This document shows positions 1-9,705 of a DNA stretch of 64,000 nucleotides, one piece after another. The notes under the pieces were generated by a model. That model was given only the letters and a program-made list of their open reading frames with translations, searched no databases and was not told the origin of the DNA. How positions within the stretch are numbered: the stretch's first letter is position 1; every line of letters starts with the position of its first letter. Origin of the DNA: a virus; the IMG/VR virus record IMGVR_UViG_3300030503_000287. One strand, 5' to 3'. The position numbers were made by a program, and so were the translations under genes.

Positions 1-3000
1 AGAGCTAGCCGCCGAAAATAGAGCGGTAGCAGATAGTGTTGAATATCAAAGACTCTTGAACACACGGCGTGGCCTTGGAACAACAGTGGCCAGGGAAGCG
101 GCTGCTGACGAAGTCCAAGAATTTAAAGAAGGCGAGATAGAGAAACTTGCCAGCGCCAAAACACTTGCTGCAGAACGCATAGAAATGGAAAAGGAAGTTG
201 CTGCGGCAGAAGCAGTACTATACAAATACGAAAAGGATATGTTTGGTGCAGCTGAAGCTGACAAATTAGCGTTAGCACGTATAGTAATAAAAGAAGAAAA
301 AGATTTAGAAAAACAACGAGTCTTACTCGCTAATTTTGGATATAAAGAAGATGAAAAAGCGTTTAGGCAGAGTGAGGCAGAAAAGTCCGCAGCCTTAGCC
401 CTTTCTGTTGAACAATATCAACGTTCTGAGGCTATTAAAACAGCCGTTAATAAAGCTGGGAGTGTTGAAAGGGCCGAGAATGAAGCAGATGCTATGTTGG
501 CTGCTGCTTCAAAACAAGGTAAGATTGACTACCTACAATCTCCCGAAGCCATAAAAGCACGAGCAAAACAATCTTCTCAATTTACAGGTTCTGGTTCGCG
601 TGATCTTATGGGTCAATCCTATATGATGGCGAGTGCCGGGTTTGCACTTGCGGCTGCTGGTGGTGTTGCTCTATATGGTATTGGTGAGCTTGTAAAAAAT
701 GGTATGCAGACCGAAGATATGATTAAGCGTATCCAGGCAACTGCCGGTGATACTAGACCATACGAACAAATACGTAAGGAAGTAATTGCTGTTGCCAAAG
801 CTTATGATCAGATGCCTGATGCTGTAGCGCAAGCACTATACCCTGTTGAAAGTGCTGGATTTAAGGGCGCTGAGGGAATGAAAGTTCTTGCTAATGCAGC
901 CAATTTTGCTAAAGGTAATGAAGCAGAAATGGGTGATAGTACTGAACTATTAACCAAAACATTAATTGCCTTTAGACTCCATGCTTCTGACGCTGCGGAA
1001 GTTACAGACATTTATACACGTGCCGTTACCGATTCACTACAACCCGGTAAGGAAATGGTCCCGGCGTTCGCAAACGGCATGGAGATGGCGAAGAATGCTG
1101 GTATGAGTGTGCAGGAATATTCTGCTGCGCTCGCCAACATGACTCAGACAACTAAGAATGCTGCAACTGCATCTACGTATCTTAAAAACTTCATGAACGG
1201 CCTTATCAACCCAACGGTTGCTATGCGCAAAGAAGCAGATAAGTTGCATCTTAGCTGGCTGGCTTTGGGTGAAGGTTCCGAGCATATTCGAAAGTTTGGT
1301 TTTGAAGAGACAATACAGGAACTTGAAAAGGCAACCGGTGGCAAATCAGACATGCTCGATAAGCTGTTTCCTGATATGCGTAAGAATCAAGCTGTCTTTT
1401 CATTGCTGAATGATGGCGGCGTTCGATTTGCCAAAACACTTAATGATATTTCCAACTCAGCCGGAAGTACAACAAAAGCCAGCGACATGATGAATACGAG
1501 TTTGGAACAAACTCAGAAACATTTTAATGCTTCAGTGGCCTCATTCGCTTCAGATGCCGAGTCTATATTAAAACCTACAGTCATTAAATTAATGACAACA
1601 ATTGAGGGGGCTATTACTACTTTTAACGGTATGTCACCTGCAATGGAAGGTGCTATTGTTAAAACAACCACATTTGCTGCGGTTAGTGCTGTGTTGATTG
1701 GTGCCCTATTCACAATTGTTGGTTATGGAATGCGTATAGGTGCAGCGTTTAAGTCTTGGGCACTTCCACTATCAGTAGTTACAACGGAAACAGGAGAGTT
1801 GGCTGCTGGAGGTATTGCTCTATCAGAAGTGTTCGGTGGCCCTGTAGTTTGGGCAATAACTGCTTTGGTAGCAGTAATAGCCGGTCTCATTTATCTATAC
1901 GATAAATTAGGTGATAGTCACACAAAAACTAATCAGGATTTGCTGGATGAGCAAGACGCCCATTTGAAAGCTGCACGAGCAGGGCAAGAACATGCACAAG
2001 CTACATTGGCCCTGCTTAAACAACTCGCTGACCTGAATGACAATAAAGGGCCAAAAACAAAAGAGCAATTAGATGAAATTCACGATATTCAGAATAAAAT
2101 ATCATTGCTATCTCCTGATTTGGTTAGCGGCTACGATGCTCAAGGTAATGCTATCTTAGTTATGGGCAACAACGCGGCTACTGCAGCGAACAATCTTCGA
2201 GATATGACCGCAGCGGCTCAAGATGCCCTCGAAAAAACAGATCTGGTAACTGCTCAAGGTACGGCAGAACAAAGAGACGACAATGCTACGGATATCAAAA
2301 GATTACAGTGGTCTCTCAAGACCGGTATGGTGCCCACAGAAAATCCTAATGGTAACGCATTGCCGTGGTTGAAAGGGTGGCAGTTTAGAGATGCAGATCC
2401 CAACAATCCAGAAGATATGAGTAACCCATACACTTCTCAGTATGAGGGTAATGGATTATTTGGCAGTGGTGATGTAAATGGTTTAAAAACTTCAGTTCTT
2501 CATCATGGAACCCCTCAAGAATTGTCTGATGTGGCAGCACAATTACGTAATTTGGGCACAATACAATCAGGCTTAACACAAAATTATAATCAATCAAGAA
2601 CAGATGCGGCAATGGACGCAACCAACCCCAATTCGTCCGGGGCAATTGCGCGAACTATCATTGAAGTGGGCCAGAAGATGGGTGCATCACAAAGCCAGAT
2701 TCTATCGGCTGTTGAAACAGGTATCGTAGAAAGTGGTTTGAAAAATCTTCCAGATCTTGGGAAACACAACGATCATGATAGTATAGGGGTATTCCAGCAG
2801 AGACAGGGAGAGACAGACAAATGGGGTCCTGTTTCTAGCATGACAAACCCTGCAACAGCGGCAGCATCATACTATAATCAACTATTTAAGATTTGGAACC
2901 CTAATCATACCCCAGGTAACAATGCGGCTAATGTACAACAGCCTAGAGCAGATTTGCGTGGTCGCTATGATCAAGCTGAAACTGCGGCACGAAAAATTAT

Positions 3001-5515
3001 GGATCATTATAATATTAATGATTTTGATCCAAACCGTCCTCTTCGCGCTCCTGATAATAGTAAAAAAGGTGTGAGTGATGGTAGTACTTCAGGTAAGGGT
3101 ATAAAATCTTCTTCAGCGGCAGATTTATTATCTGAAAATCAAACAGAAAGTGAAATATACCAGTCAAAGATTGACGCACTGGACGCTGCTACAACCGCAT
3201 GGGAAAATCATCTTCGCGAAACACATAAACCTATTGACGCGGATGTAAACGCATTCGCACTTCTTAATGAGAAGATGAAAGTAGCGATAAGTACTGTTAA
3301 GGAGATGAAAGAACATATAAGTATACTTTCTGACCCTGAAAAAATGAAGCATGGTAAGGGTGCAACTCAAGACCAAGAACATGCTTACGAAGCAGCAAAA
3401 GACAAACTTAAAGAATTAACCGCTGCACTTAGAGAGGCTGAAAATGGTGAGCATAGTTTTGGGGATTCTCTAGATGAATTTGCAAAAAAACATGCTGAAA
3501 CATTAAAACAAACTGCTAAAGACACTGCTGAGGCTGCACGAGCATATGTGGAAGCTAGTCGCTCACTTCATGATGCGACTGCGTCCGCTACGGGCAAAAC
3601 AGACTTGTCAGATAAGTTACAGGCCATTCAAGATCAGGCGCAACTATATTTGCATCCCACTGATCCAAAACAAAAACCACAATCGGCTGTTGATGTACAA
3701 CGGTATGTCACGGCTGCTACAAATGCTGCCAAATCAGAAGATTTAGATACAACGATAGCAGCCACAGATCGCCAGACTCAGGCATTGTTCGCTTTGGGCG
3801 CAGCAAGTCGGGATAATTTACGTAATGGGTTTATAAAAGACATACATGATCTACGTGCGGAACTAGATGCTGGCACTATAACATCTGAACAATTCAATGA
3901 GAAAATGGCCCCTATTGCCGAAACTCTACGCTCCGCAGATTGGCAAGATGCCACAGATATGATTTCTGGCTGGCAAGATGCTGTTAAGGAAGGCCATCTC
4001 TCTCTTGAGAGCTATATCTCTGATTTGAAGACGTTACAGGGTGCTTCTCTTTCGCCGGAGGAGGCAAAGACTGTTGCATCAGATATAGCGACTGCGACCA
4101 AACAACAACTCGCCTCTACACAAGAGGATGCGAAAAAGACTGCTGATACAATTGGAGGATATTTCGAAAAAGCATTTGATGTACTCACCAGTAAAGGTAA
4201 TCGATCTGAGAATATTCGTAAGGCTGGAGAGGATATTCTTAAAGAATACGAGAAGAAGTCGCTGACCGATTTCGTTAAAAAGGAAGTTTTGTCGGTTGAG
4301 CTAAAAGGTAAAAATCCGAAAGAAGATGCTACTAAAAAAGCTGCGGATGACGCTAAGGCATGGGTTGATAAATATGCTCAAGTAGGTAATATTGTAGTAC
4401 CAGCATTGAATGGTTTGTCTGCAATAATTAACACCAGATTCCCAGAACTAGTTGCGGCCTTAACTGGTGTTGGGAAATCATCTGGATCTACTACACCCCA
4501 AGCACCCCCAGATCCTTTAACCGAGACACAGAAAGCAGTTGATCACGTGATCGCTACGCAACAGGTGGGTGGTGATGGTGGAAGTAGCGGCGGGAATGGA
4601 AAAGGCACATCCAGTGCAATTGGAGCCACACAAGGACTTGGTAATGTATCTGGTGATATTAGTGCATTCAACAGTATATCGGATGCAGCTAATTCTCCGC
4701 AAGGCTCTGTTTCTCAAACTACAGCGGATGCGAATGCGGTTACGGCAGGAGCAGCGGCTTTAGGATTGAAAGGTGACGCAACAACCCCTGTAGAAAAAAC
4801 TTTAAGTAAAGTCCAATCTGGTTTAAAAGTTGCTCAAAGTGTAATGTCGTTAATGCCAAAAGCATCAACAGTCATAACTGCAGCATCGCAAGGTATGGCT
4901 GCAGCCAATGCTGCGAGTGCTGCAGTAGCCGCTGCTACATTAGGTCCTGTAGCCGGTGCTGCTGTCTCTGCCGCCACAACTGCAGCAACAGCCAGTGCTG
5001 GGGCGGCTGCAGCCGCCTCGGCGGCCACGGCTGGGGCGGCTGCAGCTAGTATAGGTGCGTCCGGGGCGACTGCAGCGGCGACTGCAGCCAAAACAGCATC
5101 AACTGGTATGGCAGGATTAAGTACGGCACTGGGATATGTCGGTCTTGCAATGTCTGTAGCACAGATGTTTGGGGCTTTTGGCAATGGTGGACCTTCTAAA
5201 TATGCCGTTGGGGATGTTACACAAAAACAAGATTTCCAAGATGTGTTTACGGATTATAGTCCTATAGCTAAAGGTCAGTATACAGGGCAGGACGGACTAC
5301 GTGCGCTATTGGGGACTACAAGTATGGGCGCTGCTGGCGTTCACAGTATGGAATCCGGCCCAGCGCCAACCCCCGCAAACCATACAATTGTTAATCATAT
5401 TACAGTGAATGGCAATCCAGATCCTTCAGCTATTCATTCTCATATAGTTAATGATACTTCTGAGGCGCTGGGTCATCTGTTGACCATTGATAACGCCCGT
5501 AGAGGAACTTCGTGA
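1..5515 (+). CDS. tail tape measure protein (5' end outside window)
   Basis: Frame open from nt 2 to TGA 5513-5515 (>1819 aa). Coiled-coil N-terminus, TP901-type TMP core (AGFKGAEGMKVLANAANFAKGNEAEMGDSTELLTKTLIAF), hydrophobic helices, lytic-enzyme-like segment HNDHDSIGVFQQRQ, Ala-rich tail. Confidence 0.9.
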   Translation, partial: ELAAENRAVADSVEYQRLLNTRRGLGTTVAREAAADEVQEFKEGEIEKLASAKTLAAERIEMEKEVAAAEAVLYKYEKDMFGAAEADKLALARIVIKEEKDLEKQRVLLANFGYKEDEKAFRQSEAEKSAALALSVEQYQRSEAIKTAVNKAGSVERAENEADAMLAAASKQGKIDYLQSPEAIKARAKQSSQFTGSGSRDLMGQSYMMASAGFALAAAGGVALYGIGELVKNGMQTEDMIKRIQATAGDTRPYEQIRKEVIAVAKAYDQMPDAVAQALYPVESAGFKGAEGMKVLANAANFAKGNEAEMGDSTELLTKTLIAFRLHASDAAEVTDIYTRAVTDSLQPGKEMVPAFANGMEMAKNAGMSVQEYSAALANMTQTTKNAATASTYLKNFMNGLINPTVAMRKEADKLHLSWLALGEGSEHIRKFGFEETIQELEKATGGKSDMLDKLFPDMRKNQAVFSLLNDGGVRFAKTLNDISNSAGSTTKASDMMNTSLEQTQKHFNASVASFASDAESILKPTVIKLMTTIEGAITTFNGMSPAMEGAIVKTTTFAAVSAVLIGALFTIVGYGMRIGAAFKSWALPLSVVTTETGELAAGGIALSEVFGGPVVWAITALVAVIAGLIYLYDKLGDSHTKTNQDLLDEQDAHLKAARAGQEHAQATLALLKQLADLNDNKGPKTKEQLDEIHDIQNKISLLSPDLVSGYDAQGNAILVMGNNAATAANNLRDMTAAAQDALEKTDLVTAQGTAEQRDDNATDIKRLQWSLKTGMVPTENPNGNALPWLKGWQFRDADPNNPEDMSNPYTSQYEGNGLFGSGDVNGLKTSVLHHGTPQELSDVAAQLRNLGTIQSGLTQNYNQSRTDAAMDATNPNSSGAIARTIIEVGQKMGASQSQILSAVETGIVESGLKNLPDLGKHNDHDSIGVFQQRQGETDKWGPVSSMTNPATAAASYYNQLFKIWNPNHTPGNNAANVQQPRADLRGRYDQAETAARKIMDHYNINDFDPNRPLRAPDNSKKGVSDGSTSGKGIKSSSAADLLSENQTESEIYQSKIDALDAATTAWENHLRETHKPIDADVNAFALLNEKMKVAISTVKEMKEHISILSDPEKMKHGKGATQDQEHAYEAAKDKLKELTAALREAENGEHSFGDSLDEFAKKHAETLKQTAKDTAEAARAYVEASRSLHDATASATGKTDLSDKLQAIQDQAQLYLHPTDPKQKPQSAVDVQRYVTAATNAAKSEDLDTTIAATDRQTQALFALGAASRDNLRNGFIKDIHDLRAELDAGTITSEQFNEKMAPIAETLRSADWQDATDMISGWQDAVKEGHLSLESYISDLKTLQGASLSPEEAKTVASDIATATKQQLASTQEDAKKTADTIGGYFEKAFDVLTSKGNRSENIRKAGEDILKEYEKKSLTDFVKKEVLSVELKGKNPKEDATKKAADDAKAWVDKYAQVGNIVVPALNGLSAIINTRFPELVAALTGVGKSSGSTTPQAPPDPLTETQKAVDHVIATQQVGGDGGSSGGNGKGTSSAIGATQGLGNVSGDISAFNSISDAANSPQGSVSQTTADANAVTAGAAALGLKGDATTPVEKTLSKVQSGLKVAQSVMSLMPKASTVITAASQGMAAANAASAAVAAATLGPVAGAAVSAATTAATASAGAAAAASAATAGAAAASIGASGATAAATAAKTASTGMAGLSTALGYVGLAMSVAQMFGAFGNGGPSKYAVGDVTQKQDFQDVFTDYSPIAKGQYTGQDGLRALLGTTSMGAAGVHSMESGPAPTPANHTIVNHITVNGNPDPSAIHSHIVNDTSEALGHLLTIDNARRGTS

Positions 5516-5886
5516 TGACGAACCAAACAACATGCACATTGGATGGATACACCTTTCCTTTTAACGCTCCTAAACAGGTTCCATACCAGCCTGTGTCAGC
5601 CACATACGAACCTACACTTCAAGGCGGTGTTATCACAACCTATGGAGTGATAGTTTCAGATCAAACCATAGAATTGATGTGGCCTACCATACCAACGGCT
5701 ATATATAATGTTCTGGTAGGTAAGGTAGCTCTTGTAAAGAATTTAGTGTTCACCGACTGGAATGACCCGCCAACTTCCTACACCGTATTTTGCATGGATC
5801 TAAAACCTGCTGATGGACAATTAAAGGGCAGTTTGGACGCATTGATGAATGTAACCTTAAAAATGCAAGTCGTATCAATGCCGTAA
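5515..5886 (+). CDS. minor tail protein (distal-tail position)
   Basis: 123-aa ORF. ATG 5515 overlaps the TMP stop (TGATG). Position directly after the TMP. Confidence 0.6.
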   Translation: MTNQTTCTLDGYTFPFNAPKQVPYQPVSATYEPTLQGGVITTYGVIVSDQTIELMWPTIPTAIYNVLVGKVALVKNLVFTDWNDPPTSYTVFCMDLKPADGQLKGSLDALMNVTLKMQVVSMP

Positions 5887-5895
5887 CGCAACATA

Positions 5896-8800
5896 ATGAC
5901 ATACAACTTATTAAATACAACCCGACATGGAATTATTCGCTGCCTTGCATTGGAGGCTGATGGCGTCACCACGTTTATGGATGTTAGTTCATATGTACAA
6001 AGATATGAAACTGATCATACTGATGTACTTGAATCTCATAAACTTACATTAACACTCACAAACGCGAACGGATATTTTGACACTTATGGATCAACTACCG
6101 CTGCGAATGTTTTTGTTGAAGGTCGCATAATTAGTCTTGAAATTGGATTTTATGATCCATCAACCGAAACCGATTATTATTACCCAATTTTCTTTGGTTC
6201 GATTACCGAAACAGATTGGGAATATAGACGTTTAAGTTCTGATCTATTTTCTGTCATAGTTTTCGATCCCATGTATCCATTGTTGACCAAGAACGTCACA
6301 ACTAACCCTTGGTACAATCAACAAGCAAATTTGATAGCTTCGGACATGTTATTTCAATATGCGAAGAGCGCAAACACCAATCTGTTTCCGCTGGACTACG
6401 TTGTTCCATTTGTGCAGTTTCCAGGAATGTCTGTTGCTGATGCCTTTGCAGATATATTCAACCTTGTACTATATTTCGTGTGGTTCAACTATACGGGAGC
6501 ATTAGCGACGAGGCCAAGAGTTGGCAGTGCTGCTTCCGGCGCTCCTGCCTTAGTTGGCTGGCCTGACGCCACTTCTCCGCCGGATGATAGTCTTGTTTCT
6601 TTCGTGTTCCCTGACGGAACCATAACAATGACTATAAGACCAAGCAATCGTATATTTACATTTAATAATCAGGTTACGGTTTTGGGTCAGTCGCTTAATG
6701 AAGTAATTACCTATGGACCACCACAACTTCTTACATCGTTAGGTAATGCCAATACTCTGAATAGTATTTCTACAGGTAAAGGGGCGAGTTATCTTGTTCC
6801 GTTGACGCAGAATAGCCAATCTCAAAATTTGTTGACTGCTACCGGCGTTTACGCAGTTGTTTATTGTCCGAATTTTCACAATTCTTCCGGTGGTGATGTA
6901 TCTGGAAGTCCCGATAATCTTAAAACACTATGTGCTGACCCGACAGCTATTACTCCTGATGGAACACCTGTTCCTATGGGGCCGTGGGAGAGTAATGGGC
7001 ATAATAATGATACCGGTCCATATCCCGGTGTCATAGCCACTGATGACAATGGTCACGATATGGGGATGTTGTTTCTGTTGGTAGCTGCTCTCTCCCCGGC
7101 GACTGGATTAACTGTATGGCAAGATTTGCCATTCTTTGGTTACGCCAACTCAGACAACAATGGTTGGGATTTTGATATTGACATTTATGGTCAACCAGTT
7201 GCAAGCACTAACGCTACACTTACAAAGATCACTGATTACAATTCCATTTCATTTTCTTTGGCAACCGCTATTGATGTTTTTGGGGATCATCGGACTTACC
7301 AAGTGCTTAATCCAGAAGACTCTACATCCCTTCAACCATTAGGTATGGGTACACCCGTAGAAGTTTATGTGAATTTATCATCCCTTCCATCTCCCACAAC
7401 ACTATCAAGCAATGTGTCTCCGGTTGCGACAACAATTCCACCCACCCCTCAAACTATTCAAGTAGTGAGTGCGTCTGGTTACACAACTCCTGGTTCACCA
7501 CCAAGTATTGCAACAATGAACGTAATTGCTATTGGTACTGGCAAAACCAGAGAATATGCAATAATTCGCAAAATAACAGGAACTACTTTTGCTCTTCAGA
7601 ACTCATTACAATATAGCCATCTAGCCGGGGAAGAAGTAACCCCAATGACACTGGTTATTTCCGCTGATGGATTATATATATCTCAACTTGCGCAGATTGC
7701 TTACGAACAGGGCCAAATCGTTTTTTACGATATGACCTATAAAGATTATGGTTCGGACAACCCCCCACCAGTAATTTTAAGCTTGACTTCTCAACCAAGT
7801 GGGGGTGTAGATCTTGCATGGACAGTAGATGCTCATGGAGCTACCTCATATAGCCTATATCGAGGGTTAACTTCTGGGGGCGAAACATTACTTGTTTCGG
7901 GGCTAACAGGAACCGCTTATAGCGATACAGGATTGATAAATGGAACTCCGTATTATTATTATATAGTGCCATATTATGGAGCAATAGCTGGAACTGCATC
8001 CAACGAAGTCGAAGGAATCCCAGATGCCCCAGCGTTTCCAAACAATCAACCACCTGGGTATACATCGTCTGGTGGAACTTCAAAAACTGTAGAAGAAGCA
8101 GGTTATCCAGATGGTGAAACATTTGACTTAACCTATTTAACAGTACCTGCCCCACAAGAAATATTCCAAACATCTCGTTATACAACCACGAATGCTACGG
8201 GCGATTCGTTCACTTATACAATTGGTGGGTTACAGTTCGGTCGTGGCTATACAGTAATACTCAGTTATGGTGATCCAACAATAGTCCCACCAAACACAAT
8301 TCCCCCAGCGGCTCCTAATTTGCCAACATCTGGTCCTGGTTTTCGTGTATTTAACATTATATTCAACAACGGATTCATAGATGAAAATTTTGATACATGG
8401 GCAAACGCGAACGGATCATTAGTAGCCTCAACTAAAACTTATGAAGGTATTGGATGTGATGCGTCTGGGAATATAATTATCACTTTTCAAAATGTGTCAC
8501 CTCCGAGTGGAACCCCATCAGGTCAACAATACGGAAATGCAATGATTTCTGCCATAGAGGTCTACGATCCCCAAGGTATCGAAGCAACGGGGGCAGTCAT
8601 AAATTGTGGTGACACAGAAATCACACCAACACCCCCAACAGTGGATGTGACAGGTGCATATTCACCAAATCAATTACTATACGGTATTAAAAATGAAGAA
8701 ATAAATAACCCGTTGCTTGGTACATTAGATCAGTGTACTGAAACTGGTCAATGGTTTATGAATATGAACGCTTGGCAGCGTAATCCGGTTTATCAAAAAA

Positions 8801-9702
8801 CCGCAAGTATTCCGATAATTGAGCCTGGTCAAATCATCAAGTATTTTAACCCCAGAGTTGGGGTTCAAGGGTCTGATCAATGGTCTTATGTTCAAAGAAT
8901 TGTACGTGTTGGAGAACGCCAAGATGTTAAAACTGCTACTATGTATGATGAATATACAGGATTCTTGTTGTTCTCTCAAGAACGTGGTGGATTTACGCAA
9001 CAACAACTAAATTCTAAACCTCTTGCTCTCTGGCCTTTAAGTGACGCTGTAAATGATGAGACGGCACAAAATCTAATTATAGGATCGACGTATACTGGCG
9101 CATACACTGGGGTGGTGATTTCTGGATCTTCATTATGTGCTGATCAGCCATTTGGGATGCAGTCGGGCTCGTCTACAACGCCTGGTATTCAAACGACTGT
9201 ACAACCAGAGAGTCTGCCACAATTCACGATAGAGTTCTTGTGTAATCTCCCAAGCATAGACAACGGCCTCGGTTTTGCAGGAACAACAACGCAATGGAGT
9301 AGTTTAACCTCCGGAATTATGTTTAACTGTAATACCGATACAGCCAACGCGATTTACGGCGTCCCAACTGAGTTAATAATCGGCATGGCATTCACAGGAG
9401 GGACATACACTACAAGTTATACCCCGCGACCCTTCAATACACTGGCGCATATTGTTATGACTTGGGACGGTGTAAATCTAGCAGTATATTTAAACGGAGT
9501 TCTTATTCAATCTTTTATACCGTCCGGGACACCACTTGTGGGATCTAATTTATTTTCGCTTGGGTATGTACAAGGGAGTGGTGGAGGATACCCAACAGCA
9601 GATGGTTTTACTGATTCTCAATATAATAATCTTGCGATCTACAACTATCCATTGTCGGCGGGTGCCATACTTAATCATTACAATGCGATTGCGGTAACAT
9701 AA
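5896..9702 (+). CDS. large tail/baseplate protein with FN3 and C-terminal LamG-like domain
   Basis: 1268-aa ORF after TMP and Dit-like gene. FN3-like segment (DLAWTVDAHGATSYSLYRGLTSGGETLLVSGLTGTAYSDTGLINGTPYYYYIV). C-terminal ConA/LamG-like motif (HIVMTWDGVNLAVYLNGVLIQSF). Confidence 0.8.
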   Translation: MTYNLLNTTRHGIIRCLALEADGVTTFMDVSSYVQRYETDHTDVLESHKLTLTLTNANGYFDTYGSTTAANVFVEGRIISLEIGFYDPSTETDYYYPIFFGSITETDWEYRRLSSDLFSVIVFDPMYPLLTKNVTTNPWYNQQANLIASDMLFQYAKSANTNLFPLDYVVPFVQFPGMSVADAFADIFNLVLYFVWFNYTGALATRPRVGSAASGAPALVGWPDATSPPDDSLVSFVFPDGTITMTIRPSNRIFTFNNQVTVLGQSLNEVITYGPPQLLTSLGNANTLNSISTGKGASYLVPLTQNSQSQNLLTATGVYAVVYCPNFHNSSGGDVSGSPDNLKTLCADPTAITPDGTPVPMGPWESNGHNNDTGPYPGVIATDDNGHDMGMLFLLVAALSPATGLTVWQDLPFFGYANSDNNGWDFDIDIYGQPVASTNATLTKITDYNSISFSLATAIDVFGDHRTYQVLNPEDSTSLQPLGMGTPVEVYVNLSSLPSPTTLSSNVSPVATTIPPTPQTIQVVSASGYTTPGSPPSIATMNVIAIGTGKTREYAIIRKITGTTFALQNSLQYSHLAGEEVTPMTLVISADGLYISQLAQIAYEQGQIVFYDMTYKDYGSDNPPPVILSLTSQPSGGVDLAWTVDAHGATSYSLYRGLTSGGETLLVSGLTGTAYSDTGLINGTPYYYYIVPYYGAIAGTASNEVEGIPDAPAFPNNQPPGYTSSGGTSKTVEEAGYPDGETFDLTYLTVPAPQEIFQTSRYTTTNATGDSFTYTIGGLQFGRGYTVILSYGDPTIVPPNTIPPAAPNLPTSGPGFRVFNIIFNNGFIDENFDTWANANGSLVASTKTYEGIGCDASGNIIITFQNVSPPSGTPSGQQYGNAMISAIEVYDPQGIEATGAVINCGDTEITPTPPTVDVTGAYSPNQLLYGIKNEEINNPLLGTLDQCTETGQWFMNMNAWQRNPVYQKTASIPIIEPGQIIKYFNPRVGVQGSDQWSYVQRIVRVGERQDVKTATMYDEYTGFLLFSQERGGFTQQQLNSKPLALWPLSDAVNDETAQNLIIGSTYTGAYTGVVISGSSLCADQPFGMQSGSSTTPGIQTTVQPESLPQFTIEFLCNLPSIDNGLGFAGTTTQWSSLTSGIMFNCNTDTANAIYGVPTELIIGMAFTGGTYTTSYTPRPFNTLAHIVMTWDGVNLAVYLNGVLIQSFIPSGTPLVGSNLFSLGYVQGSGGGYPTADGFTDSQYNNLAIYNYPLSAGAILNHYNAIAVT

Positions 9703-9705
9703 ATC

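Noticed and set aside
4834-5184. 116-aa antisense ORF inside the tape measure gene, plus other antisense ORFs in 46-4763.
   Set aside because: It mirrors the Ala-rich low-complexity region. The 1819-aa sense frame explains the whole interval.
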